Part shown: positions 30,451-40,055 of the stretch, one piece after another | How positions within the stretch are numbered: position 1 is the first letter of the stretch | How the letters are laid out: the number at the start of each line of letters is the position of its first letter | Assembly (NCBI GenBank): GCA_019326865.1 | Contig: GCA_019326865.1_4101.1 | Reading direction: 5' to 3' (one strand) | Length of the DNA stretch: 64,000 nt | Source of the DNA: a phage | The notes under the pieces: model-generated | Database searches by the model: none | What the model was told of the DNA's origin: nothing | Seen by the model: the letters and a program-made list of their open reading frames with translations, nothing else | Made by a program: the position numbers and the translations under genes

Positions 30451-30926
30451 ACATCAACCATATTTAATTTACCGTCCTTAATCAGCTTTCTAGCTTGTTT
30501 TGCACGAGTAGAAGTGTTACTGCCAGGGACAACTCCGAACCCTTCCAGAATCTCGTTTTGCTGCGTTGCTGGGAGCCTTTTAAATTTATTAGTATCCACT
30601 GTTAGTGCCGTGTGATGTATAACTTGCTCTTCTGGTGGAATATTATTGTTCTTTTCAAGGTAGTCAGCAAGGTTGCGTAGTACTTCATGTAATGGCTTAT
30701 CTGTTAAATGACTAAGACAGCGTTTAAATGAATTTGCAACCCTTCCTTCCCATCCATTCACCTCATTTTGAAGAACCTGTCTACAATGTTGATTTCCACC
30801 ATGATAGTGATCCAGTACTGGTTTAGTTATTTTTATGCCTATGATGGGGTCAATGCCATTTTGTTTCTTTAGCAATTCATTTCGATAGTTTGCAGCATCC
30901 TTACTATCTTTTAATCTTTTTTTCAT
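30435..30926 (-). CDS. endonuclease VII-like Holliday-junction resolvase (163 aa)
   Basis: LDHYHGGNQHCRQVL...NGWEG resembles the T4 endo VII LDHDH...CN.CN..EG region as recalled; stop codon sits in the loop of a bidirectional terminator. Confidence 0.55.
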   Translation of the reverse strand: MKKRLKDSKDAANYRNELLKKQNGIDPIIGIKITKPVLDHYHGGNQHCRQVLQNEVNGWEGRVANSFKRCLSHLTDKPLHEVLRNLADYLEKNNNIPPEEQVIHHTALTVDTNKFKRLPATQQNEILEGFGVVPGSNTSTRAKQARKLIKDGKLNMVDVKKGS

Positions 30927-31018
30927 AATTCCTCACCAAACTATTTGTCATCACAATATTTATAGATTAGTTATTTGCAATATTTTAAGTACTTAATTAA
31001 TATTTTATAAAAAAATGT

Positions 31019-31046
31019 GAGACAACTTTAAAGTTTGTGCTATAAT
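31019..31046 (+). promoter_or_regulatory. sigma70-type early promoter driving non-coding island
   Basis: GAGACA-N16-TATAAT preceded by GTGC. Confidence 0.5.
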
Positions 31047-31526
31047 ATTTGTTGTAGTAATGACAATCCTGTTGAATGCAGAAATGCATATAAATTAGAA
31101 CCTGATCCTATCGAAAATGTAGATGGCAGATGAGCAGTTCAACAGTGCGATGAGCAAAAGAAACCCGTTAGATGTGGGCATAGTTTGAACCCCTCACGGC
31201 AATGCGGCTCAATAAAGAACTCCGATAAGCATACAGAGAGTTCCTAGATAGACATATAAGGATCGCACCTTACCAGATTTGCTAAGGGAGTTTATTAAGT
31301 GATTTTTAATAAACAGCCTGAAGTTTGATTGTATAGACTTTCAGGTGAGTGTCAGGATGATTAAGACTGACGACCGTTGCATATGACCGTGATAGGGAGA
31401 AACCGAGCAACCCGCTTCCGTTTGCGATTGATCTTTTTACAATATAGATCCGTCCAAAATTCACGATACAATAAATGCTGAAACCATCAGCGTCAAGAAA
31501 TAGAGACTTCATTGTCTCTTTTTTAT
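31047..31526 (+). ncRNA. candidate non-coding RNA locus
   Basis: Early-type promoter at 31019-31046, hairpin plus T-run at 31503-31526, no ORF with RBS in between, locally higher GC with complementary segments; structure not computed. Confidence 0.25.
31503..31526 (+). terminator. rho-independent terminator ending non-coding island
   Basis: AGAGAC-ttcatt-GTCTCT then T5. Confidence 0.55.
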
Positions 31527-31732
31527 TGTCTTCATTCCCCTGCGGGGGGATGAAAATGTCCTCAACAAATCCCGTCAAGTATTAAATCTTTTAAAGTTCT
31601 TTATAATTAATTTAATGAAATGAATATGAGTTACGTAGTAACGAATATTCTTCAGCTAACGAATGAAATGAGTTAGATGAATCCAATAATATTAAAATTA
31701 ATTCTTCCATAATTCAAATAATTCTGTAATTT

Positions 31733-31763
31733 AATGAAAAAAAACCAGCAACAATGTGCTGGT
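31733..31763 (-). terminator. rho-independent terminator after 69-aa ORF
   Basis: ACCAGCA-acaatg-TGCTGGT with 8-9 nt T-run on minus strand. Confidence 0.6.
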
Positions 31764-31772
31764 TATATGGGA

Positions 31773-31982
31773 TTAGTGCTTCTCGTTTTGTTTTTTAATT
31801 TTTTTATTAAAAGACTTAACTAACAAGTCTCTATCTATTAATGGCATATTAAGAAGTGTTCCGTAATCAATATTATCCATATATACAGAACACTCCATCA
31901 GTGCATTTTTGATTTCGGACTTATTCAGTTCTATCTCCTTTAAAACTTCTTGTATTTCTTCAGGAGATGACTGGAGAAGCAT
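31773..31982 (-). CDS. hypothetical protein (69 aa)
   Basis: ORF with TAATG stop/start overlap with upstream gene; followed by hairpin plus T-run terminator. Confidence 0.4.
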   Translation of the reverse strand: MLLQSSPEEIQEVLKEIELNKSEIKNALMECSVYMDNIDYGTLLNMPLIDRDLLVKSFNKKIKKQNEKH

Positions 31983-32818
31983 TACTCGAAAAAATGACTA
32001 GGATCATATTTTAGTCCATCAATTTCCCATTGATGATTACATCCATCACATTCAACTTCCATACTATGTGAAACTCCAATTTCAAGTACTTCATCCATTT
32101 TTTCACGAATTAGTTTAAGAACTCCTTTTGATTGTTGACCAAGCCATTCATTAATGAATTCTTTTTCAACTACTTCATCGCCATCTGGAGTGATGATTTT
32201 TGCAATAACTCCACCAATCATATCAAAGTTTAGTTGTGCCATATTTTCAAACACTTCAGAAAATATTTTTACTTTTTCCTCTTGTTCAATCTCAGCAGTT
32301 TCTAGAAACTTAGTTTTCTGCTGCTCACTGAACATACGCTCAGCAAACGATGAATATTCTTTCCATGTTAGTGGTCTAAACTCTAAACGTAGTCCATTAT
32401 CTAAATCAATAGATGGGATTTCTTCGAATGCTTGTGCAGTTTCAAGAAGATATGATAGATTACGTTCAAAACGACCTTCTTTTTCACATTCAGGACATAC
32501 AGCGTTAATATCATATGTTTCTTCTTTAGATGCAACTTTAATAGCAATAAGAAGCATTTCAACGTCATTTACATATAACTCATCAGCATCAATAACATTA
32601 GGAACACAGTTTTCAATGACACGTGATACTGCATCGCCGTTTAGTAACATATCTGGTGTATTGAGTGTCATTTCATCACGTGCACTACGTGCACAAACGC
32701 CACATTTGACACCTTTTGGACCTAAAACTCCGTCTTTATAAGGAATAATTCCGTTACTAACTAATTTTGTACTGATCTCTTCAATTTTAGTGTACTTAGC
32801 AAGTGGATTCATAGCCAT
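31982..32818 (-). CDS. acidic zinc-ribbon protein, late gene of unknown function (278 aa)
   Basis: Three CxxC pairs (CGVC, CPEC, CDGC); GGAG RBS; late-promoter-like boxes upstream. Confidence 0.5.
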   Translation of the reverse strand: MAMNPLAKYTKIEEISTKLVSNGIIPYKDGVLGPKGVKCGVCARSARDEMTLNTPDMLLNGDAVSRVIENCVPNVIDADELYVNDVEMLLIAIKVASKEETYDINAVCPECEKEGRFERNLSYLLETAQAFEEIPSIDLDNGLRLEFRPLTWKEYSSFAERMFSEQQKTKFLETAEIEQEEKVKIFSEVFENMAQLNFDMIGGVIAKIITPDGDEVVEKEFINEWLGQQSKGVLKLIREKMDEVLEIGVSHSMEVECDGCNHQWEIDGLKYDPSHFFE

Positions 32819-32909
32819 TTTTGTTAAATCTCCATGTAATAAATGTGTTTATAGTATTTATGAACTCAATAAAGATCAAATAAACCATTTTTTATAATCA
32901 CAATAGTTT

Positions 32910-32917
32910 TATAAATA
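32910..32917 (+). promoter_or_regulatory. T4-type late promoter (TATAAATA)
   Basis: Exact box ~33 nt upstream of ATG 32950. Confidence 0.5.
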
Positions 32918-32949
32918 TTTCTATAATACATTTATTAAAAGGGAATGTT

Positions 32950-35154
32950 ATGGCTGGAAATACAAGTGATTACCTACTCCAGCAGTTGGTTAATCAAACT
33001 AAAGATAACAACGATAGTTTGAGTGCTATACGTGAGTTATTGGCTGAAAATATAAAAAATGACAGAAAGAAGTCTGGTTCTAAAAGTGGAAAACGCAATA
33101 GTAGCAATTCATCAAGTACTGGAAATCGTGGTTCACGAACTAGTAACAAGAGTGCTGATGATAAAGAATTTGGTAAAATATTCAAATCATTATCATCGGA
33201 AGTATCAAATGTTGGTAAAACTATGATGAGCACTTCTGCAAATGTTAGTAATGTTGTCAATTCAATGGGAATGAGTGCATCTTCATTTGCTGGAACATTG
33301 TCAATGATTCCTGGTCCTGTTGGTGCAGCAGCAACTGCTTTTAAATTGGTCGCTGACGTTGGTATGGCAGTATATAATGTATTAAACGCACAACTTGAAG
33401 TTTATAATAGAATAAACAGTGCTGGTGTTGCCCTATCTGAAGGTTATGGTTCCATATTAAAAGGTGCAGGTGCATCAATGATGAGTGTTGATGCATTTGG
33501 TGAAGCATTACAAACACATAGTTCTGTTGTTGCACAATTGGATGGAGCATATGGTGATGGTGTTTCCACCTTTGGTAAATTATTGGGTACTGTACAACAG
33601 GCACAAAATCAATTAGGCTTATATGGGGTATCACAAAAAACACTAACTGATTTAACTGCACGTAATATTAAATTCCAAAAGCAATTTGGTGGAAGAGAAA
33701 TGTTACGTAGTATGGATCAAGCAAAAAGTACTGAACAGTTTGTCATGAGCATGACTAAGTTCAGTAAAAGTATGGGTGAGTCAGTTGATGCACTATTAAA
33801 TAAAACACAAAACTTAGATAAATCATTAGATACACGTTCAATGCAAATAGCATTACAGAACTATTCTGGGTTATCAGGTAAAGCAGCAGTCGAAACGTCA
33901 AAAGCATTTAACGAAGCTGCTGCGAGTATGGGTGATGTAGGTGCAGATTTCCTACGTTTAATTTCACATCGTTTAACCATAGGTGGTGTACCAGATGATT
34001 TATTGACTCCAGTACTTAATCAATTTGCTGACTTAGGTGAGAACTTGGTACGTAGTGGTGTTACTGATTCGCAAGAAATTCGTCGCCAGCAGATAGAATT
34101 TGTTAAAAAGAACAAAGAATTAATAAAGCAAGATTTATTACATCAGATTAATTTAGGAAACACTACTGCTGCAATCTTCAACCAACAACTGCTTGATATG
34201 GAAGCTGCGATAAACGATCCTAAGAGTCAACCAGCAGATAAACTAACACAATTCACTGATAGATTCAATAGATGGATTAGTAAAGAATTTTCTGCACCAT
34301 TTAATAAAATGTACGCAGATACTCAAAATTCTATTGCCGATTACCTTACTGATATTGCTGATCGAACCGATGGTGCATGGGAGTTTATTGGTCAGTTAGC
34401 ACTTGATGGGTTTGGTTTAGTTCCAATTGCGAAAGATGCAGTTGCGTATTTGGATAGGATTGGCGGTGAGTTTGAGCAGTGGTTAGACGGTTTAGGTACT
34501 GAAATTTTTGGTAGTGGATACAATAAAGTTTCAGAATCATTTAATAATTTCATGAATAACTTAATGGATTTACCTGGTAAATTATGGGATTCAGTCAAAG
34601 GTTGGTTTGGTGGTTCAAGTGATAAAGTAAAAGTTGATAATAACCCTGTTACTGATGGTGCTGAAAAAGTTAACAGCTACTTCGAAGAAAAAATGAATTC
34701 ATTTGGTGATTATATTTCTAATTCATTTGATCATTTTTTAAAATGGAATTCAAGCAGGAACTTCAAACAGCCCAAACCATTAGATGAATCTGTAGCAGAA
34801 AAACTTATTAGTAGTGGTCTTGAAAATAAACCAAGTGCAACTGCTAGAATAGAAAAATCTGAACATGTTGCACCTTATGTTACTATTACTCCTAAAACAT
34901 TCGATAAATCAGCATGGGGTCCGAATGAACCACCGATTCAAGCACAACCTGACGATTATGAGTCAATGAAAGCGATGATAAATAATGGTAGTAGTATGGC
35001 AAATGCTAATAATAATGCCACAATTTCAGAAGACATGAAAGAATTACTTAAAAAACTTGCTGATGTTAACGAGCAATCCCTATCTGCTGTACAACAGACA
35101 AATAACTATCTAAGAACTATCTCTGAAAACACTCAAGGTGAGAGAAACAGTTAA
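32950..35154 (+). CDS. virion protein, possibly tail tape-measure-like (734 aa)
   Basis: TATAAATA late promoter at 32910-32917; Ser/Lys-rich low-complexity N-terminus then Ala/Gly/Ser-rich region; function is a guess from composition and position. Confidence 0.35.
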   Translation: MAGNTSDYLLQQLVNQTKDNNDSLSAIRELLAENIKNDRKKSGSKSGKRNSSNSSSTGNRGSRTSNKSADDKEFGKIFKSLSSEVSNVGKTMMSTSANVSNVVNSMGMSASSFAGTLSMIPGPVGAAATAFKLVADVGMAVYNVLNAQLEVYNRINSAGVALSEGYGSILKGAGASMMSVDAFGEALQTHSSVVAQLDGAYGDGVSTFGKLLGTVQQAQNQLGLYGVSQKTLTDLTARNIKFQKQFGGREMLRSMDQAKSTEQFVMSMTKFSKSMGESVDALLNKTQNLDKSLDTRSMQIALQNYSGLSGKAAVETSKAFNEAAASMGDVGADFLRLISHRLTIGGVPDDLLTPVLNQFADLGENLVRSGVTDSQEIRRQQIEFVKKNKELIKQDLLHQINLGNTTAAIFNQQLLDMEAAINDPKSQPADKLTQFTDRFNRWISKEFSAPFNKMYADTQNSIADYLTDIADRTDGAWEFIGQLALDGFGLVPIAKDAVAYLDRIGGEFEQWLDGLGTEIFGSGYNKVSESFNNFMNNLMDLPGKLWDSVKGWFGGSSDKVKVDNNPVTDGAEKVNSYFEEKMNSFGDYISNSFDHFLKWNSSRNFKQPKPLDESVAEKLISSGLENKPSATARIEKSEHVAPYVTITPKTFDKSAWGPNEPPIQAQPDDYESMKAMINNGSSMANANNNATISEDMKELLKKLADVNEQSLSAVQQTNNYLRTISENTQGERNS

Positions 35155-35165
35155 GGACGAAAATA

Positions 35166-36905
35166 ATGAGTTGGAAACGACATATGACAGTGGGAAGGTC
35201 AAAGCTATCGACTATCCCAAATCAGTCCAATAATAGCAATAAATCAACAGGAACAAAAACCAATTTTGCTTCCTATCTTCCAGTTGTATATAATGGATTG
35301 GCAAACCGTACTGAACGTTATAGTCAGTATGAGCAAATGGACCAAGACCCTGAAATTAGAACTGCATTGAATATCATTGCTGACTTTTGTACTCAAAGTA
35401 CTGAAGATTATGGTTTACCATATAAAATAAAATACAAAGATGATATTGGAGATACTGAAGTAACAACGATTGAAGATCGTTTAGATGCATGGACTGAACA
35501 AAATGATTTTAAAACACGAATGTATGAGATTGTACGTGGTCTTTTGAAATATGGGGACCAGTTTTTTATCCGAGATCCAGAAACATTTGATTGGTATTGG
35601 GTGAGTCCAAAAAACGTCGAACAAGTATTTGTTAATGAAGCAACTGGGAAAACACCAGTAATTTATTACATACGTGATGTATCATTAAACTTAAAAGATA
35701 AAGTTTATAGTAATCTACAAGTTGGATTCGATAAAACCGCTTATCCTGGTGCTATTCCTACAACAATGGGTGGTGGTGGTTCTGTCGCTGCTGGCGGTGC
35801 ATCTGGATTCACTAGTCAAGGTAATACTGCTGACCCTTTCAGCACTAATGGTCAATTAGATGTTATTCCTGTTGGTGCAGAACACGTAATCCATTTGACG
35901 CTAAATACTGGACAAGATGGAGTATGGCCTTTTGGTACTAGTATACTTGAGGATGTATTCAAAGTTTATAAACAAAAAGAACTTCTAGAAGATAGTATCA
36001 TAATTTATCGTGTACAACGTGCTCCAGAACGTCGTGTTTTTAAAATCGATGTTGGTGATATGCAAGCACATCAGGCAATGGCTTATGTGGAAAGATTTAA
36101 AAACGAAATTCATCAGCGTAGAATACCTTCAAACAAAGGTGGAAGTACTTCTTTAATGGATGCAGCATATAATCCTTTAAGTATATTAGAAGATTACTTT
36201 TTCCCACAAACTTCTGAAGGTCGTGGTTCGGATGTTCAAACTTTACCAGGTGGTGATAACTTAGGGCAAATTGATGACTTACGCTACTTCAATAATAAAT
36301 TGATACGTGGTCTTCAAATACCAGCTTCCTATCTACCACAAGGTCCAGATGATGGTGGTGTTTCATTATTTGGTGATGGTGCAACACAAGCTATGGCAAG
36401 TGAATTACGATTCAATAATCAATGTATGCGTTATCAGCGTTTAGTTGCGAAACATTTTGATGCTGAATTCAAAAGATTTATGGTAAAAAATGGATATAAT
36501 ATTAGTACTTCATCATTTGAAGTCATTATGAATCCACCAATTAACTTAGCTTCTTATCGTAAAGCTGAATTGGATGCTAAATTAATTAATACATATCTAC
36601 CTCTTAATGATTTACCTTATATGGCTAAACAAACAATTCTTGAGAAAATGGGCTTTTCTAAAGCAGATATTGTTAAGAATGAACAAATGTGGTTACAAGA
36701 GAATCCACAAGATGGTTCTCAACCTTCTAGTGGTGAAGAAGATTCTGCTGGATTACAGTCTGTTGGTATTGATGCACCAAATGACCCAGGTATGGATCTT
36801 GGTATTGACGGTGATGGTAATTTAGAAAGTGCTGATTCCGAATATCAAGAACAACAAAGTGGAAGTGATGGTTTCAATCCTAATAATTTAGGCAATTCTT
36901 TTTAA
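35166..36905 (+). CDS. portal vertex protein gp20-like
   Basis: LEDSIIIYRVQRAPERRVFKIDVG and TLPGGDNLGQIDDLRYF match T4 gp20 segments ([41 protein letters not shown]) as recalled. Confidence 0.85.
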   Translation: MSWKRHMTVGRSKLSTIPNQSNNSNKSTGTKTNFASYLPVVYNGLANRTERYSQYEQMDQDPEIRTALNIIADFCTQSTEDYGLPYKIKYKDDIGDTEVTTIEDRLDAWTEQNDFKTRMYEIVRGLLKYGDQFFIRDPETFDWYWVSPKNVEQVFVNEATGKTPVIYYIRDVSLNLKDKVYSNLQVGFDKTAYPGAIPTTMGGGGSVAAGGASGFTSQGNTADPFSTNGQLDVIPVGAEHVIHLTLNTGQDGVWPFGTSILEDVFKVYKQKELLEDSIIIYRVQRAPERRVFKIDVGDMQAHQAMAYVERFKNEIHQRRIPSNKGGSTSLMDAAYNPLSILEDYFFPQTSEGRGSDVQTLPGGDNLGQIDDLRYFNNKLIRGLQIPASYLPQGPDDGGVSLFGDGATQAMASELRFNNQCMRYQRLVAKHFDAEFKRFMVKNGYNISTSSFEVIMNPPINLASYRKAELDAKLINTYLPLNDLPYMAKQTILEKMGFSKADIVKNEQMWLQENPQDGSQPSSGEEDSAGLQSVGIDAPNDPGMDLGIDGDGNLESADSEYQEQQSGSDGFNPNNLGNSF

Positions 36906-36926
36906 ACATAAATAACAGTGTATAAG

Positions 36927-36952
36927 AATGAGGGTTTATATTAGCCCTCATT
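36927..36952 (+). terminator. hairpin after portal gene (weak or partial terminator)
   Basis: AATGAGGG-N10-CCCTCATT; downstream U-tract poor. Confidence 0.35.
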
Positions 36953-36978
36953 TATAATGCATATTTCAAGGAGATTGA

Positions 36979-37206
36979 ATGTTAAAGGACATCTTTGAAT
37001 CTAGCAGTGATTCAATGTACGACCCTGAAGATGATCAGAACGTATATAAAATTACTGACTCCAGAAAACCAAAACTAACATTACAAGTATTAAATAACTT
37101 AAGAAAGTATCGTGAATTTAAAGCACATGAGGAACAACGCCGCAAAAATGTGGTTGCTGTTGTTTATGCATCTACCCCAACAGGTGATGATTCTGGATTA
37201 ATGTAA
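36979..37206 (+). CDS. small acidic prohead protein (gp67-position, 75 aa)
   Basis: Position between portal and prohead protease genes; acidic composition. Confidence 0.35.
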   Translation: MLKDIFESSSDSMYDPEDDQNVYKITDSRKPKLTLQVLNNLRKYREFKAHEEQRRKNVVAVVYASTPTGDDSGLM

Positions 37207-37258
37207 ATCAAAAATCGCACTTTTTTAAGCTTTTAAAAAAGGTGATTTTATTCAGTAC

Positions 37259-37307
37259 TAAATAATATCATACTTTATACGAATATAATATATCTATGGA
37301 GGATATA
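37259..37307 (+). promoter_or_regulatory. conserved leader cassette shared with capsid gene
   Basis: AAATAATATCATACT...ACGAATATAA...TCT..GGAGGATATAATG, near-identical to 40005-40058. Confidence 0.5.
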
Positions 37308-38138
37308 ATGGCGAATTTAAAACTACTACAAGAAGCAATTGCGGCGTTTGCAAATGGTGAACAAGATATTGCTGATAAAAAAATGCGTAAGTATTTTGTT
37401 GAGCAAGCACAAGAAATTAACAAGAAGCTAGAAGAAAGCATGGAAGATGAAGACGAGGAAGTTGAAGTCGAAGATGAAGAACAGCTTGACGAAGATTTTG
37501 ATGTGCAACCAGATGCTGGTCTAAATGCTGAAATCGAATACACACTTGGTGAAGAAGATGAAAGTGCAGAAGATGAAGTTGAGTTTTCTGCTGATGCTGA
37601 TGGTGACGGTGAAGATGATGTTGATGTGGAAGTGAAGGCAGATGCTGATGTTCCTTCTGAAGATCAATGGGAATCAATTCAGGATGCTTTCCGTGGTTTA
37701 CAACAAATGTTTGATGAAATTGGTGATGGCGAAGTTGACCTAGATTCCGATGAAGAAGTTGAAGATAGTGAAGAAGAAGTCGGTGTTGACGGGGAAGACG
37801 AATTTGCTGACGTTGAATTCGGTGATGAAAAAATTGGTGAATCCTTCAAACTAGAAAAAGTTGCACCTGTCGACAAGAAAGAAAAAGCTGGTACTCATAC
37901 TAAATCCCCAGTAGCACCTGAAGCAAAATCCCCAGTAGCAGGAGCAGAACCAGTTAAATTTGCAAAGAAAACTGATCAAGCACCACTAGTAGACCTAGAT
38001 GATAAATCTGTTCTACCAAAAGATAACCTTGATCTTGGTAAAAATGCTCGCGGTGAAATGAAAGATGTAAAAGCACCAAAAACTACTGCATCAAATTCTA
38101 AATCACCACTAAGTAAAGCACAACCTAAAGTAAAATAA
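37308..38138 (+). CDS. highly acidic prohead core/internal protein
   Basis: Long Asp/Glu runs (EDEDEEVEVEDEEQLDEDF), basic Pro/Lys-rich tail; ATG 37308 with GGAGG RBS; shares a conserved leader with the capsid gene. Confidence 0.5.
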   Translation: MANLKLLQEAIAAFANGEQDIADKKMRKYFVEQAQEINKKLEESMEDEDEEVEVEDEEQLDEDFDVQPDAGLNAEIEYTLGEEDESAEDEVEFSADADGDGEDDVDVEVKADADVPSEDQWESIQDAFRGLQQMFDEIGDGEVDLDSDEEVEDSEEEVGVDGEDEFADVEFGDEKIGESFKLEKVAPVDKKEKAGTHTKSPVAPEAKSPVAGAEPVKFAKKTDQAPLVDLDDKSVLPKDNLDLGKNARGEMKDVKAPKTTASNSKSPLSKAQPKVK

Positions 38139-38158
38139 ATAAATGAAAGGAGATCATT

Positions 38159-38782
38159 ATGAGTAGTATGATACGTGAATGGTCTTCATTCAATGATTCT
38201 AAAGTTGTTTTGGAACATCGTGATAATGGGTTTGGTGGGCGTGATTGTTACCTTCGTGGTATTGCAATTCAAGCAGACCAACGCAATTTGAACGAGAGAA
38301 TTTACCCTTTATCTGAAATTACAAGAGCAGTAAATAATATGAATCAGCGTTTAGCTAAAGGTGAAAGTATTCTTGTTGAATGTGACCATCCAGAAACACT
38401 GACTATTAATTTAGACCGAGTAGCAGCAATGATTACTAAGGTTTGGATGGAAGGTGCAAATGGTATGGCTGAAATCAAATTACTTGATACTGCACATGGT
38501 CAGAATATCCGTAAAATGCTAGAGGCTGGTGTAAAACTTGGTGTAAGTTCTCGCGGTTCCGGTAACGTAGATTATAATGGAATAGTTTCTGATTTTGAAA
38601 TTATCACTATTGATATTGTTGCTCAACCTAGTGCTCCAGAAGCATACCCAACAGCGGTATTTGAATCTCTGATGAGTAAGTACGGATCACCTTGTAATGG
38701 TTCTAAAAAAATCACTGAATCTAAAAAAGTAAATAATTTAGATTCTGAAATATACGATTTTTTCAAGAAATTAAAAGGTTAA
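38159..38782 (+). CDS. prohead core protease gp21-like
   Basis: NERIYPLSEI, VECDHPE, GVSSRGSG and IVAQPSAPEA motifs resemble T4 gp21 as recalled; sits before scaffold and capsid genes. Confidence 0.8.
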   Translation: MSSMIREWSSFNDSKVVLEHRDNGFGGRDCYLRGIAIQADQRNLNERIYPLSEITRAVNNMNQRLAKGESILVECDHPETLTINLDRVAAMITKVWMEGANGMAEIKLLDTAHGQNIRKMLEAGVKLGVSSRGSGNVDYNGIVSDFEIITIDIVAQPSAPEAYPTAVFESLMSKYGSPCNGSKKITESKKVNNLDSEIYDFFKKLKG

Positions 38783-38793
38783 CATTTTAAAAA

Positions 38794-38822
38794 TATAAAT
38801 ATCTGTATGTTGAAGTACAGAT
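38794..38822 (+). promoter_or_regulatory. T4-type late promoter plus leader hairpin for scaffold gene
   Basis: TATAAATA followed directly by ATCTGTA-N8-TACAGAT inverted repeat. Confidence 0.5.
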
Positions 38823-38848
38823 ATTTCAGTACTTAAAGGAGAGAACGA

Positions 38849-39964
38849 ATGTCTAAATTAGAAAAGCTTCTAAAAGAATCATCTCTTTCTGATGAGGCAA
38901 AACAGCTAATTCAGGAAGCATGGAATGAAGAAAAGAACACACTAGCCGCAGAGATGCGTGAAGAAATGAAAGGCCGTTATCAGCAAGATTTGGCTGAACT
39001 AACCGAAGGATTGAACACTATGGTTACTCAAGTCATTGCTGAAGAAATGGGTGCTGTATATGAAGAGAAAAAACGTCTTGTTGAAGATCGTGTAACTCTA
39101 CGTAAAACACTAAGTAATTTCTCTGCGTTTTCAAATTCTGTTTTGGCTGAAGAAGTTAAACAAATGCGTAAAGAGCGTAAGCATCTACATGAATGCATGG
39201 GTAAATTCGTTAATTTTTCTAACGGTATCCTAGCAGAAGAACTAAAAGAATTCCACACAGAAAAACGTCAACTGGTTGAAGCTCGTGTAAAATTACTTGC
39301 AGAAGGTTCACGTCAAATTGCTGAAGCTCGTAATAACTTCATCAAACGTACATCTGAAAGTGCTGCTAAATATATTGCAGAGACAACACAGAAGAATCTA
39401 TATGCGTTAAAACAAGATCTAGTGGAAGCGAAACAAAATATGTTTGGTCGTAAAATCTTTGAAGCATTTGCTCAAGAATTTAATGTCAAACAATTCAATG
39501 AAAATTCATTGCTACGTTCACTAACTGAAACAATTAAATCTAAAGAAGATGAAATTGATCAAGTTAAGCAAGAACTACATGAAACTGTTAATGCGGTCAA
39601 AGCTGCTAAAACTAAACTACGTATTATGGAAGATGCACAAGCCCGTAATGCGATTATGTCTGAACTAGTAAAACCACTAACTGCACAGCAAAAACAAATT
39701 ATGGAATCCCTTCTAGCAACTTCACCTACTGAAAAGCTTAAAGAAGATTTCAGTAAGTACCATAAGTCAGTACTTAACGGTACTAAAGTAAATGAATCTG
39801 CTACCACTCGTCAAGCAGTTCAGTCTTCCGCTAAGAAAACTCTTGCAGAAGGTAAAGTGATCACTGGCAACCGTCAGGCTATTGTTGAAAGCGAAGAAAT
39901 GACCGCTGACGATATGGCATTCCTAAAAGAACTCGATGTTCTTTCGGGTATCAATAAAAAATAA
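38849..39964 (+). CDS. prohead scaffold protein gp22-like (coiled-coil)
   Basis: Heptad-rich alpha-helical composition; position between protease and capsid genes; TATAAATA late promoter upstream. Confidence 0.6.
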   Translation: MSKLEKLLKESSLSDEAKQLIQEAWNEEKNTLAAEMREEMKGRYQQDLAELTEGLNTMVTQVIAEEMGAVYEEKKRLVEDRVTLRKTLSNFSAFSNSVLAEEVKQMRKERKHLHECMGKFVNFSNGILAEELKEFHTEKRQLVEARVKLLAEGSRQIAEARNNFIKRTSESAAKYIAETTQKNLYALKQDLVEAKQNMFGRKIFEAFAQEFNVKQFNENSLLRSLTETIKSKEDEIDQVKQELHETVNAVKAAKTKLRIMEDAQARNAIMSELVKPLTAQQKQIMESLLATSPTEKLKEDFSKYHKSVLNGTKVNESATTRQAVQSSAKKTLAEGKVITGNRQAIVESEEMTADDMAFLKELDVLSGINKK

Positions 39965-40002
39965 ACATTTTAAAGCATTTTAATAATCAATTTTTTCAGT
40001 TC

Positions 40003-40010
40003 TATAAATA
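40003..40010 (+). promoter_or_regulatory. T4-type late promoter (TATAAATA) for major capsid gene
   Basis: Exact box 46 nt upstream of ATG 40056. Confidence 0.6.
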
Positions 40011-40055
40011 ATATCATACTGAAAAACGAATATAACATCTTTAAGGAGATATATA

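Noticed and set aside
31047-31526. tRNA genes or a group I intron in the non-coding island
   Set aside because: No cloverleaf with a GTTCRANYC T-loop flanked by a complementary 5-bp stem and 7-bp acceptor stem found by eye on either strand; no flanking split gene that an intron could interrupt. Needs tRNAscan-SE or Infernal to exclude formally
31306-31578. 90-aa minus-strand ORF inside the non-coding island
   Set aside because: No RBS, spans the predicted plus-strand terminator, uninformative translation; the region is more consistent with RNA
37220-37241. Palindrome CTTTTTTAA-GCTT-TTAAAAAAG as a terminator
   Set aside because: Stem is A/T only with no flanking U-tract distinct from the stem; more likely low-complexity AT palindrome or a protein-binding site
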